From Actinomycetes bacterium (GTDB lineage: Bacteria > Actinomycetota > Acidimicrobiia > Acidimicrobiales > Bog-793), in the NCBI GenBank assembly GCA_021798985.1, contig JAJZBI010000001.1:194444-258443 (forward strand): a stretch of 64,000 bases of DNA. Direction: 5' to 3'. Positions 10,208 through 19,417 of this stretch are shown piece by piece. The notes under the pieces were generated by a model, which did not search any database, had not been told where the DNA came from, and saw nothing but the letters and a program-made list of their open reading frames with translations. The position numbers and the translations under genes are program-made. Within the stretch, counting starts at the first letter, position 1; every line of letters begins with the position of its first letter.

Positions 10208-11076
10208 GACAGCGCTCCTGAGTGTGCCTGCGCCGACTGCTGGTGAGCGAGCCAGCGCTGGAAGGTCGCCTTCGGCTCCACTTTGACCGTGAAGAGCATC
10301 TCAGCGTGGTACAAGCCGCAGTACTCCGCGCACTGGCCGCGGAAGGTACCGGTCGTCGTGGTGGTGAAGTCCCACGAGTTTGGGTGGCCGGGCTGCGCGT
10401 ACCGCCCGAAGTCAAATTCCGGCACCCAGAACTCGTGGACAACGTCCACCGAGGTCAGATAGATCTCGACGGTCGAGTCGTCCGGCAGCACAAGCTGGGG
10501 ATAGACGCTCGAGGTGGCGGGGAGCGCCACCGCCTGGGGCTGGCCCTTGGTCGCGATGAGCACGTGCTGGCTCTGGTTGTTGCCTGAGTAGTAGTTGAAG
10601 CGCCAGCCCCAGCGGTACGCGGTGACGTGGACGATCTCCGCCGGGCGCTTGGCCAGGGCGTCGACGTTGTTCTCCGTGAGGACCGTGAAGTAGAAGATCC
10701 CGCCCACGATGATCACCGGCAGGCCGGTGTAGATGATCTCGAGCACGAGGTTGGAGTGGAACTGGCGCGGGATCGTCTCGTCCCGGCGGCGGTAGCGGAA
10801 GACCGCCCAGAAGATCAGTCCCCACACGATGACCGCCACCACCAGGCCGGCGATCATCATCCCCGACCAGAGCTTGAAGGTGTCATGGCCCTGGACCGTG
10901 GCGCCTCGGAAGGCGCCGAAGGACGGCGCGTTGCACCCAGCGAGGACGACGGCCCCTCCGAGCAGCAAGAACGGCAGGGCGAGACGGCGCCGCCACAAGG
11001 CGGTGCGGGGGGAAGGGGCCTCGGCGACGCTGAGAGCGCTCGCGTCGGGGCTGTTGGGCGGAGCTCCGGCGGTCAC
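10204..11076 (-). CDS. ctaC: Cytochrome c oxidase subunit II (lipoprotein)
   Basis: LAGC lipobox, DVVHEFWVP, CuA motif [12 protein letters not shown]. Confidence 0.95.
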   Translation of the reverse strand: MTAGAPPNSPDASALSVAEAPSPRTALWRRRLALPFLLLGGAVVLAGCNAPSFGAFRGATVQGHDTFKLWSGMMIAGLVVAVIVWGLIFWAVFRYRRRDETIPRQFHSNLVLEIIYTGLPVIIVGGIFYFTVLTENNVDALAKRPAEIVHVTAYRWGWRFNYYSGNNQSQHVLIATKGQPQAVALPATSSVYPQLVLPDDSTVEIYLTSVDVVHEFWVPEFDFGRYAQPGHPNSWDFTTTTTGTFRGQCAEYCGLYHAEMLFTVKVEPKATFQRWLAHQQSAQAHSGALS

Positions 11077-11123
11077 GTGGCGAGACTAGCTACTGCCCTT
11101 CCACGGAGGCCAACCGGCCGGCC

Positions 11124-11705
11124 TCAGCACGGGCGATTGGTCTGCCGGCGCTCGTTCTGCTCGGCGATCGCGCGCTTGGTGCGCCCGGCCAGCCGACCGA
11201 GCTGTGCCGCGCCCGACAGGTGCAGCGGCGTTCGAGCCGGGGAGTCCGGCCGGGCCGTCTGGCGCGCGGCGGCACGCACCGTCAGCGCGCGGCGCGCCCT
11301 TCCGGTGAGGCGGCCGGCAAGCGCCGCCCCCGTGAGATGCAATGGGGGGCTGCCGCCCGGCAGGTCGGCGTAGCGGGTGGTGCGCTCGATCCGCAGCAAG
11401 ACCAACGCGACGACCTCGCTGACGAGGAGGCCGAGGACGTGCAAGTGGCCGAGCTCGGCCAAGGGGCCGAGGGCGAGGGCGAGGATGACCACGCCGTCGG
11501 CGACATGATGGGCGCGACGCGAGAGCAGCCGGAGCGCCCCGAGCGGGCCGCGCGTCACGGCGTTCAGCACGACGAGCAACACGCCCGCCGCGATCAGCTC
11601 GTCGGCGATCGGCCCGTTGGCGTGAAAGCCCGAGACGACGAGCGCCGCGGCGATCACGTACTCCGCGACGGTATGGCCAAAAAAAGCGACGCGACGGCGC
11701 GACAC
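11124..11705 (-). CDS. Hypothetical membrane protein (4 TM plus basic repeated tail)
   Basis: HTVAEYV and HHVADGV duplicated helical hairpins. Confidence 0.6.
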   Translation of the reverse strand: MSRRRVAFFGHTVAEYVIAAALVVSGFHANGPIADELIAAGVLLVVLNAVTRGPLGALRLLSRRAHHVADGVVILALALGPLAELGHLHVLGLLVSEVVALVLLRIERTTRYADLPGGSPPLHLTGAALAGRLTGRARRALTVRAAARQTARPDSPARTPLHLSGAAQLGRLAGRTKRAIAEQNERRQTNRPC

Positions 11706-11758
11706 CGCGCGCCCCCGAGGGCCGCGTGCTGGCTCAGACCGTTGCGTCCCCGTCGCGC

Positions 11759-11975
11759 TCAGGCGCCGCTCTTGTCCTTCTCAGCAGCAGCGTTGGAGTT
11801 GGCCGCGGTGCCGTCGCCTTGCTCGAGTCCCTTCTTGAACTCGTGCGACGCGCTGCCGAGGCCGCGCGCCAGCTTGGGCAGCTGCGATCCCCCGAAGAGC
11901 AGCACCACAACAATGACAGCGATCACGATGAGACCATCGGGACCGAAGAGATCCGCTAGCAGGCCGGTGGGCAAC
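11759..11975 (-). CDS. tatA: Twin-arginine translocase TatA/E
   Basis: VVLLFGGSQLPKLARGLGSASHEFKKG; start uncertain. Confidence 0.9.
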
Positions 11976-12135
11976 CTGTCCTCCTTCCCCCGTCCGCGCA
12001 CCTACTCTAGTTCGTTGAGCCTGAACGGTGGCAGGGTCATTGCCGCCTCGGGCGATGCGCCGGTTCTGCCGGCCGCTGCATTCCGCCGTCGGGCGGTGAC
12101 GAGGGAGGCAGGCTTCGTGCGCAACCGAGGACTCA

Positions 12136-14268
12136 ATGCGGCTGTCTGGGACGCCAGGTGAGCCGATGATGTCGCCCAGGACCCACGAGCAGCTCGAAGG
12201 CGTCGCCACCTACCGTGGCGTTCCCGTCGACGAGGTGCTGACGGACTTCCGGCTCGCCTGCTTGGCCCGCGAGCTCGACGATCGCCAGCTCATCCTTCAC
12301 AAACAGGGCCGCACCTACTTCCACATCGCCGGTGCCGGCCACGAAGCCCTGCTCACCGCCTTCGCGAGGTCGCTGCGGCCGGGCTATGACTGGTTCTTTC
12401 CCTACTACCGTGACCTGCCGCTCGTGCTCGCGCTCGGCGTCAGCCCGTACGAGGTGTTGCTGCAGGCCGTCGGCTCGGCCGAGGACCCGGCCTCAGGCGG
12501 TCGCCAGATGCCGTCGCACTGGGCGAGCCGCCCGCTCCACATCGTCAGCCAGTCGAGCCCGACCGGCAGCCAGTGCCTGCCAGCCGTCGGCTGCGCCGAG
12601 ACGACGCGCTTCGCCTCTGAGCGCGGCCTTCCGGACGTCGAGCATCACGACGACGAGGTGACCTACGTTTCGATCGGCGAGGGGGCCACCTCGGAGGGCG
12701 AGTTCTGGGAGAGCCTCAACACCGCATCGAAGATGCGCCTCCCCATCGTCTACCTCGTCGCCGACAACGGCTACGCGATCTCGGTGCGCTCCGAGGAGCA
12801 GGCGCCAGCTCCCATCGGCGAGCTCATCTCAGGCTTCCCCCACTTCGAGGTGGCCCGCATCGATGGCGGCGACTACTTCGCCGCGCGCCAGGCAGCCGAG
12901 CGCGCCGTGGCGCGAGCGCGCGCCGGCGAGGGGCCGAGCCTCGTGCAGGCCGCCGTCACGCGGCCGTACTCGCACTCCTCCTCGGACAACCAGCTCCGCT
13001 ACCGCAGCGCCGACGAGCTCGCCAAGGAGGCCGCCAGCGACCCGATCGCCCGCATGGAGCGCGAGCTCGTGACGGCTGGACTGATCAGCGTCGACGACGT
13101 CGCCAAGATGAAGGCCGAGGCCCGCGAGCTCATCCTCGACGCGGCCGCAAAGGCGCTCGGCGCGGCGCGGCCGAGCCCTGAGACGGTGCTCACCAACCTC
13201 GTCTCCCTCGCCCCGCTCCCCGAGCCGCAGCTGCCGAGCGACGAGGGGCCGCCAGTGCACTTCAGCGAGTCGATCCGGCGGGTGCTGCACGAGACGATGG
13301 CGAGCGATGAGCGCGTGCGCGTCTTTGGAGAGGACGTCGCCGATGCCGATCCCGCCATGCTCGCCGAGCTCGACGGGCTAGGCGGCGTCTTCGGGACGAC
13401 GCTCGGGCTCCAGCGGAGCTTCGGCAAGGACCGCTGCTTCAACACCCCGCTCGCCGAAGCGAACATCATCGGCCGGGCCGTCGGACAGGCCGTCCGTGGG
13501 CTGAAACCGGTCCCCGAGATCCAGTTCTTCGACTACATCTGGCCCGCCATGCAGCAGATCCGCTCCGAGGCGGCAACGATGCGGTGGCGCTCGAACGGCA
13601 CCTTCTCGGCGCCGATCGTGGTCCGCTGCGCGATCGGCGGCTACCTCGCCGGGGGGGCGATCTGGCATTCCCAGTGCGGAGAGTCGATCTTCGCCCACAC
13701 CCCGGGGCTCCTGATCGCCTTCCCCTCCCGCGCCCGGGACGCGGTCGGGCTCTTTCGCGCCGCGATGGCCTACGAGGACCCGGTGCTGTTCCTCGAGCAC
13801 AAGCATCTCTTCCGCCAGCGCTACGCGATGGACCCCTACCCCGACCCCGGCTATGTGCTGCCCTTTGGCAAGGGGACGATCGTTCGGCCCGGTGAGGACC
13901 TCAGCATCGTGACGTGGGGCGCGACGGTGCGGCGATCGCTCCTCGCCGCCGAGGAGCTCGCCAAGGAGGGCATCGAGGCCGAAGTCGTCGACCTGCGGAC
14001 GCTCGCGCCCTGGGACCGCGAGCTCGTCGCGGACTCCGTGGCGCGCACCTCGCGCCTACTCGTCGTGCACGAGGACGTGCTCACCGGCGGCTTCGGCGGC
14101 GAGGTGGCGGCGTTCGCGGCCGAGCACTGCTTTGACGACCTCGACGCGCCGGTGCGGCGCATCGGCGCCCTCGACACCTGGGTCGCCTACGAGCCAAGTT
14201 TGGAGCGGGCGATCCTGCCGCAGGTCGACCAGATCACCGACGCGGCAAGGAGCCTCGCCGAGTACTGA
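12136..14268 (+). CDS. 2-oxoacid (likely branched-chain) dehydrogenase E1, fused alpha/beta
   Basis: SGGRQMPSH, GEGATSEG TPP motif, HSSSD, FNTPLAEANIIG, EIQFFDY, HSQ, VDLRTL. Confidence 0.93.
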   Translation: MRLSGTPGEPMMSPRTHEQLEGVATYRGVPVDEVLTDFRLACLARELDDRQLILHKQGRTYFHIAGAGHEALLTAFARSLRPGYDWFFPYYRDLPLVLALGVSPYEVLLQAVGSAEDPASGGRQMPSHWASRPLHIVSQSSPTGSQCLPAVGCAETTRFASERGLPDVEHHDDEVTYVSIGEGATSEGEFWESLNTASKMRLPIVYLVADNGYAISVRSEEQAPAPIGELISGFPHFEVARIDGGDYFAARQAAERAVARARAGEGPSLVQAAVTRPYSHSSSDNQLRYRSADELAKEAASDPIARMERELVTAGLISVDDVAKMKAEARELILDAAAKALGAARPSPETVLTNLVSLAPLPEPQLPSDEGPPVHFSESIRRVLHETMASDERVRVFGEDVADADPAMLAELDGLGGVFGTTLGLQRSFGKDRCFNTPLAEANIIGRAVGQAVRGLKPVPEIQFFDYIWPAMQQIRSEAATMRWRSNGTFSAPIVVRCAIGGYLAGGAIWHSQCGESIFAHTPGLLIAFPSRARDAVGLFRAAMAYEDPVLFLEHKHLFRQRYAMDPYPDPGYVLPFGKGTIVRPGEDLSIVTWGATVRRSLLAAEELAKEGIEAEVVDLRTLAPWDRELVADSVARTSRLLVVHEDVLTGGFGGEVAAFAAEHCFDDLDAPVRRIGALDTWVAYEPSLERAILPQVDQITDAARSLAEY

Positions 14269-14310
14269 GCGCTCGCTGGCGGCCCCCGCGGCGGCCAGCG
14301 GCCCGTGAGC

Positions 14311-15258
14311 TCACGCGCCCCGGCGGGCGCGGGCGGCGCCCCGCCCAGCGCGCGACCGCTCCGGCGCGTAGCGCTGGGTAAGCCGCACCACCAGCCGGGC
14401 CGCGAGCACGAGCCCCAGGACGAGCACCACGAGCAGCACGGAGGAGTCGAAGGCGAGGTTGCGCACCGCCTGGGTCGGCTCGTTCCAGAACGTCCAGGTG
14501 GCGTAGGTGAGGTAGGGGACCGGGGCGTGGGTGAGCGCGCCGCTCGGATAGCTATTCGAGAAGCCGGCGGTGTACAGCAGCGGTGCGGTCTCCCCGACCG
14601 AGATCGCGAGGGCGACGATGATCCCCGTCGCCATCCCCGGCACCGCCGAGCGGACCACGATCTTTCGCAAGAGGTAGGTCTTCGCCATCCCGAGCGCCTC
14701 GCCGCCCTCCCGATAGGCAAGTGGGACCTGGTTGAGGGCGATCTCGGTCGACTTGGCGACGTAGGGGACGACGAGGAGCGACAGCACGATCAGCGCCGCG
14801 AGCAGCGAGAAGCCCCAGTGCAGCCCGACGACGAGCGCCACGTAGCCGGTGTAGCCGAAGACGATCGAGGGGATGCCCGACAGCACCTCCGATGCGCTCC
14901 GCAGCACGGCGGTGAGCGGGCTCGGCCGTGCCATCTCGGAGAGGAAGAGCCCGGTGCCGATGCCGACGAGCCCCGCGAGGATGCCGACGCCGAGCATCAG
15001 TACGAAGGTTCCGACCACCGTGTTCGACAGCCCGCCGCCGACCCCATTGGTCGGCTCGGTGAAGATCGACCATCTCCAGCCCGGGATCGCGCTCTGCACC
15101 ACGCCCTCGAGGACCCAGATCACGACCGCGACGAGCAGCGCCAGGCCGAGACCGCACAACGACCACCACAGCGCCGAGCGAACGCGCCGGCTCCAGGCGA
15201 TCGAGCCGGCCGGAGGAGCGACCGGCCCGGCGAGCACTCTTGTCGTGCTGGCCATCAA
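14311..15258 (-). CDS. pstA: Phosphate ABC transporter permease
   Basis: LSGIPSIVFG, YREGGEALG, GETAPLLYT. Confidence 0.93.
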   Translation of the reverse strand: MMASTTRVLAGPVAPPAGSIAWSRRVRSALWWSLCGLGLALLVAVVIWVLEGVVQSAIPGWRWSIFTEPTNGVGGGLSNTVVGTFVLMLGVGILAGLVGIGTGLFLSEMARPSPLTAVLRSASEVLSGIPSIVFGYTGYVALVVGLHWGFSLLAALIVLSLLVVPYVAKSTEIALNQVPLAYREGGEALGMAKTYLLRKIVVRSAVPGMATGIIVALAISVGETAPLLYTAGFSNSYPSGALTHAPVPYLTYATWTFWNEPTQAVRNLAFDSSVLLVVLVLGLVLAARLVVRLTQRYAPERSRAGRGAARARRGA

Positions 15259-16316
15259 AAGCCCACCCCAACGGGCAGCGCCGCGCCGCGCGCCGAACGG
15301 CGGACGAGGAGCCGGGCGGCGACGTTGACCGCCAAGGTGATCACAAGGAGCACCAGCGCCGCTTCCGACAACGTCCTGGTGGAGAAACCGGTCGGGTCGC
15401 TCTGGGAGGAGTCCAGCAAGGTGACGATGGCCGCGGCGATCGTGGTGGTTGACCCGTAGATGTTGTGCGCCAGCTGCAGCGTGCTGCCGCTCACGAGCGC
15501 GACGGCGATCGTCTCGCCGAGAGCGCGCCCGAGGCCGAGCACCAGCGCCCCGATCACCCCCGTCCGGATCCAGCGAAACTGCACCGTAAAGAACACTTCG
15601 CTGCTCGTCATGCCGAGCGCCTCTGCGCCCTCTCGCGTGGCCTCGGGGACCTGGCGCAACAGGTCGCGAGCCGTCGCTGCGATGATCGGGATGATCATCG
15701 CAGCGAGGATGATCCCGGCACTCAGCAGTCCCTGGCCATAGCCGTGGTCACCGCGGAAGATGTCAAGAGGCGGGACATTGGGCAGGTGGCTGAGTGCCGG
15801 GTAGATCGTGCGCGCCAGCCACGGCCCGAAGGTGAATACGCCGAAGAGCCCGATGACGACGCTCGGGATGCCGGCCAGGATCTCAAGGACCAGGCCGACG
15901 AGGCCCGAGAGCACCCGGGGCAGCTTCTCGACGATGAAGATCGCTGCGCCGACCGCGACGGGAAAGCCAACGATGACCGCGATCGCCGAGGTCTCGAGGG
16001 TGCCGAGAATGAGCGGCAGCGCCCCGTAGTTCGCATCCGGCGGGTGCAGCACCCCGCCGGTGCGCACCGGCGGGGAGTAGAAGCTCCCGAGGTTCCACTG
16101 CGTCCCGGTGAGGAAGCCCCAGCCGTTGTAGCGAATCGCCGGGAGCGCCTCGATCAGCAAGACGATCACCATCGCGACGAGTGCGCCGAGTGGGATGACC
16201 GCCGACGTGGTGGTGGCGATCCGCAACAGCCGTTGGGCGAGGCCGTGCAGCGAGCGCTCGCGCTCCGGCGCGTTCGGCCCCGCGGCGAGCTGCGCTGTCT
16301 TCTTGGATTCGCTCAT
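15255..16316 (-). CDS. pstC: Phosphate ABC transporter permease
   Basis: YGALPLILGT, LAGIPSVVIG, GRALGETIAV. Confidence 0.95.
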   Translation of the reverse strand: MSESKKTAQLAAGPNAPERERSLHGLAQRLLRIATTTSAVIPLGALVAMVIVLLIEALPAIRYNGWGFLTGTQWNLGSFYSPPVRTGGVLHPPDANYGALPLILGTLETSAIAVIVGFPVAVGAAIFIVEKLPRVLSGLVGLVLEILAGIPSVVIGLFGVFTFGPWLARTIYPALSHLPNVPPLDIFRGDHGYGQGLLSAGIILAAMIIPIIAATARDLLRQVPEATREGAEALGMTSSEVFFTVQFRWIRTGVIGALVLGLGRALGETIAVALVSGSTLQLAHNIYGSTTTIAAAIVTLLDSSQSDPTGFSTRTLSEAALVLLVITLAVNVAARLLVRRSARGAALPVGVGF

Positions 16317-16353
16317 TGCTCCCTAGCTCGATCAACGACTGGCCTCGCGCCAA

Positions 16354-16385
16354 TCGGTGCGGTGCACCGGAGTGCACCGCACCGA
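16354..16385 (-). terminator. 14-bp perfect hairpin between pstS and pstC (partial terminator or mRNA stabiliser)
   Basis: TCGGTGCGGTGCAC-CGGA-GTGCACCGCACCGA just downstream of the pstS stop. Confidence 0.65.
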
Positions 16386-16402
16386 GGCGACGAGTGGGGG
16401 GA

Positions 16403-17578
16403 CTAGTGGATCTGCTTCAGCAGGTCGACCGCGATCGCCATGGCGCCGGGAGCCAGCGGGTGGAAGTAGAACTTCGTGAGGTCCGCCGACGACGAGCCGT
16501 GGCGAGGGTCGATGCCCCAGGCGAGGAACGCCTGGATCGCCTTGGCAACCTGGGGGTTCGACTGGTTGGCGTTGACGATCGCGTACTCGAAGTTGACGAT
16601 CGGGTAGCCGTACTTCGCCGACTTGGAGTTGATCAGCGAGATCGCCCCGGTGCTCGGGATCTTCTTGTAGCTCGCCACTTCCGAGGAGATGTTCCCCGGG
16701 GTCGGCAGCACGAAATTGCCCGAGCCGTTCAAGAGCTTGGCGTCGCCGAGCCCAGCCTTCAGCGCGCTGCGCAGCCAGCTGATCCCGATGTAGGCGACGC
16801 ACCCAGGGGTCTTCTCGCAGCCAGCGAGCATGCCGCCGTTGCCCTGCTCCGCCAGTCCGTTCGGCACGCTCGGCCAGCTGACCGAGGTGTTCGGGCCGCC
16901 GTGCGAAGGCACCCACGAGGAGGGGTCCTGGAACGCGAGGTACGAGCTGAACATGAAGGTGTCGCCACTGCCGTCCGAGCGGTGGAAGGGGACGATCTTC
17001 ATCGCCGGCAGCTTCACGCCCTTGTTGAGGCTCGCGATCGCCGGATCGTTCCACTTGGTGATCGAGCCGTCGTAGATGCCCGAGAGCACCTTGGCGTCGA
17101 GGTTGAGGTGCTTGACCGACAAGCCGGGGAGGTTGTAATCGATCTGTTGCGCGGAGACGTCGACGGGGATGTCGAGGAGGTTCTTCGGCGCGCTCGCAGG
17201 CAGGTAGGCGTCCGAGGCGCCGATCTGCACCGTGCCGTTGCTGGCGTCCGAGATGCCCGCACCCGAGCCGGTCCCTGCGGTCGTCACCTTGGTCGCGTGG
17301 TACTGGCTCGCCCAAGTGCTGATCACCGGGTACAGCAGCGTCGACCCGGTCTCGAGCAGGGAGACGCCTGACGGGGGCTTCTCGAGCGAGCTCAGCTGCT
17401 TCTCGACCGAGGCGTAGGCGTTCGTCTTCGTCGCCGCCGGGTGCTTCTTGTGCGCGGTCGACGCGCTGGCGATCCCAGCGGTCGCCGCAAGCGCCGTCGT
17501 GCCGGCAAGGCCGGCGAGTGCAGCACGGACCCAAAGGGCGTTGCGCCGGGAGGGGGCGCGCTTCGTCAAAGCTTGCAT
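16403..17578 (-). CDS. pstS: Phosphate-binding protein
   Basis: ETGSTLLYP, GTGSGAG, GASDA, HRSDGSGDT, YPIVNFEY. Confidence 0.96.
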   Translation of the reverse strand: MQALTKRAPSRRNALWVRAALAGLAGTTALAATAGIASASTAHKKHPAATKTNAYASVEKQLSSLEKPPSGVSLLETGSTLLYPVISTWASQYHATKVTTAGTGSGAGISDASNGTVQIGASDAYLPASAPKNLLDIPVDVSAQQIDYNLPGLSVKHLNLDAKVLSGIYDGSITKWNDPAIASLNKGVKLPAMKIVPFHRSDGSGDTFMFSSYLAFQDPSSWVPSHGGPNTSVSWPSVPNGLAEQGNGGMLAGCEKTPGCVAYIGISWLRSALKAGLGDAKLLNGSGNFVLPTPGNISSEVASYKKIPSTGAISLINSKSAKYGYPIVNFEYAIVNANQSNPQVAKAIQAFLAWGIDPRHGSSSADLTKFYFHPLAPGAMAIAVDLLKQIH

Positions 17579-17686
17579 CGCGTTCGATGCTCCTTTCGCT
17601 TCCCCGCAAGGGGATCGTGGATGTGGGGCAGTTGCACGCCGACGCCGGCCGTCCGTCTCGGCAGCGCCGGTCGGTTCTTCCTCCGC

Positions 17687-18511
17687 CTATTGGCGGATCA
17701 GTGCGCCCGCCTCTCCGAGCAGGTACCGGGCGGTCTCTTGGCGCTTTGGCCGCTCGAAGAGGGCGTTGGTGGCTCCGGTCTCGACCAGCTGACCTTCGGA
17801 GAAGAGGATCAGGTTGTCCGAGAGCCGCTTGGCCTGGGCGAGGTTGTGCGTGACGATGATCACCGTCAGCTCGGGGGTGAGCCGGCGTACCAGCTCCTCG
17901 ACCGCTTCGGTCGAGCGCGGATCGAGCGATGACGTTGGCTCGTCGAGCAGCAGCACCTCCGGTTCCACGGCGAGCGCGCGAGCCAGGCAGAGCAGCTGCT
18001 GCTGTCCACCGGAGAGCCGGAAGGGCGAGTCGTTGAGGCGGTCAGCGACCGCGCTCCACAGGCCCACCTGCGCGAGATAGGTCTCCGCCACATCGCGCAA
18101 CTGGGAGCGGCGCGCCATCTTGTGGGCCTTCACACCGGCAATGACGTTGTCCTGGATGGACATCGGGAAGGGGTTGGGCCGCTGGAAGACCATCCCGACG
18201 CGTCGGCGGAGCACGAGCGGATCGACGGAGGGCGCATGGATGTCCTCGCCCTCGAGGGTGATCTCCCCGCGCCGCCAAAAACCCCGCACCTTGTCGTTCA
18301 TCCGGTTGAGCGAGCGCAAGAACGTGGTCTTGCCCGAACCCGACGGGCCGACAAGGGCGGTGATCGTGCCACGCCGGAACGCCACGGTGATGTCCCGCAT
18401 CACGGTGGCGTCGCCGAAGCCGAGCACGAGGTCGGAAGCGGCCATCACCTCCGACGGGCCTGCTGGGCGCTCGACGGCGGGGAGCGGTGCGACGTTGTCC
18501 ATCTCGGCCAC
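17687..18511 (-). CDS. pstB: Phosphate ABC transporter ATPase
   Basis: GPSGSGKT, VGMVFQRPNPFPMSI, LSGGQQQ, LLLDEP; GTG 18511 or ATG 18502 start. Confidence 0.95.
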   Translation of the reverse strand: MAEMDNVAPLPAVERPAGPSEVMAASDLVLGFGDATVMRDITVAFRRGTITALVGPSGSGKTTFLRSLNRMNDKVRGFWRRGEITLEGEDIHAPSVDPLVLRRRVGMVFQRPNPFPMSIQDNVIAGVKAHKMARRSQLRDVAETYLAQVGLWSAVADRLNDSPFRLSGGQQQLLCLARALAVEPEVLLLDEPTSSLDPRSTEAVEELVRRLTPELTVIIVTHNLAQAKRLSDNLILFSEGQLVETGATNALFERPKRQETARYLLGEAGALIRQ

Positions 18512-18518
18512 GTCAGGC

Positions 18519-18584
18519 AAGGTAGCGGGGCGACCTGAATCGAATTCGAACGCCAAGTAACCGGTCGATGACCTGCCGGTGAAA
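18519..18584 (-). promoter_or_regulatory. PHO-box array (five 11-bp units) plus -10 element of the pst operon
   Basis: Minus strand: TTTCACCGGCA GGTCATCGACC GGTTACTTGGC GTTCGAATTCG ATTCAGGTCGC in exact 11-nt phase, then TACCTT 7 nt before GTG 18511. Confidence 0.7.
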
Positions 18585-18691
18585 CCTTCTGGCAACTCCC
18601 GCCGGCCTCGGGCGCTCGAGCGGTCTCGGCCGAAGGCGCGGCGGGTGCGCGGTGCCGGTCGCGCGCCGGCCAGCGACGATACGGTGCGATC

Positions 18692-19417
18692 GTGGCCGAT
18701 GAGGCGGCGCGCTCCGCGCAGTTCATGTCCCAGGTCGATCGCAAGGTGATCCAGCTGTTCGCGCTCGTCGGCGACGCCGCCAGCGGCGCGACGCACGCCC
18801 TGCTCGCTGGAGATCGCGGCGCCGCCACGACCCTGATCGCGCGCGAGGAGGAGGTCGACGCGCTTTACCGCGACGTCGAGGCGAGCGTGCAGGACTACAT
18901 CGCCTCGCAGCGCTGCCCGCCCGACCTGCTGCGCTACCTGGTCGCCGTGCTGCGCCTGCTGCCCGAACTCGAGCGCAGCGGCGATCTCGTCGAGCACATC
19001 GCACGCCGCTCCACGAGCACGCTCGCGGCCGAGATGTCGGCGCGAGCGCGCGGCCTGATCGAGCAGATGGGCGAGGTGGGCGCGGCGATGTGGCACATGG
19101 CGGCGGACGCCTACGGCGAGCGATCACCCGAGGTCGCGACCCGCCTCGATGAGCTCGACGACGAGATGGACGAGCTGCACGGCACCTTCATGGACGAGCT
19201 CGCGAGCGGTGCGATGGCGCTCCCCCTCGTGATCGAGCTCGTGCTGATCGGGCGCTTCTACGAGCGCCTCGGGGACCACGCGGTCAACATCGCCCGCCGG
19301 ATCCCCCCACTCGTCGGTGACGCGTCGGCACGCGAGGGCGAGCAGGAGAACCGCGCGCCCGTGCGCCCGCGGCGGCCGGGCCCAGGCCTGCGCTGGCGCG
19401 CCGAGCGCTCGACTTGA
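18692..19417 (+). CDS. phoU: Phosphate signalling protein PhoU
   Basis: ELERSGDL and YERLGDHAVNIA repeats; DDEMDEL. Confidence 0.9.
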   Translation: MADEAARSAQFMSQVDRKVIQLFALVGDAASGATHALLAGDRGAATTLIAREEEVDALYRDVEASVQDYIASQRCPPDLLRYLVAVLRLLPELERSGDLVEHIARRSTSTLAAEMSARARGLIEQMGEVGAAMWHMAADAYGERSPEVATRLDELDDEMDELHGTFMDELASGAMALPLVIELVLIGRFYERLGDHAVNIARRIPPLVGDASAREGEQENRAPVRPRRPGPGLRWRAERST

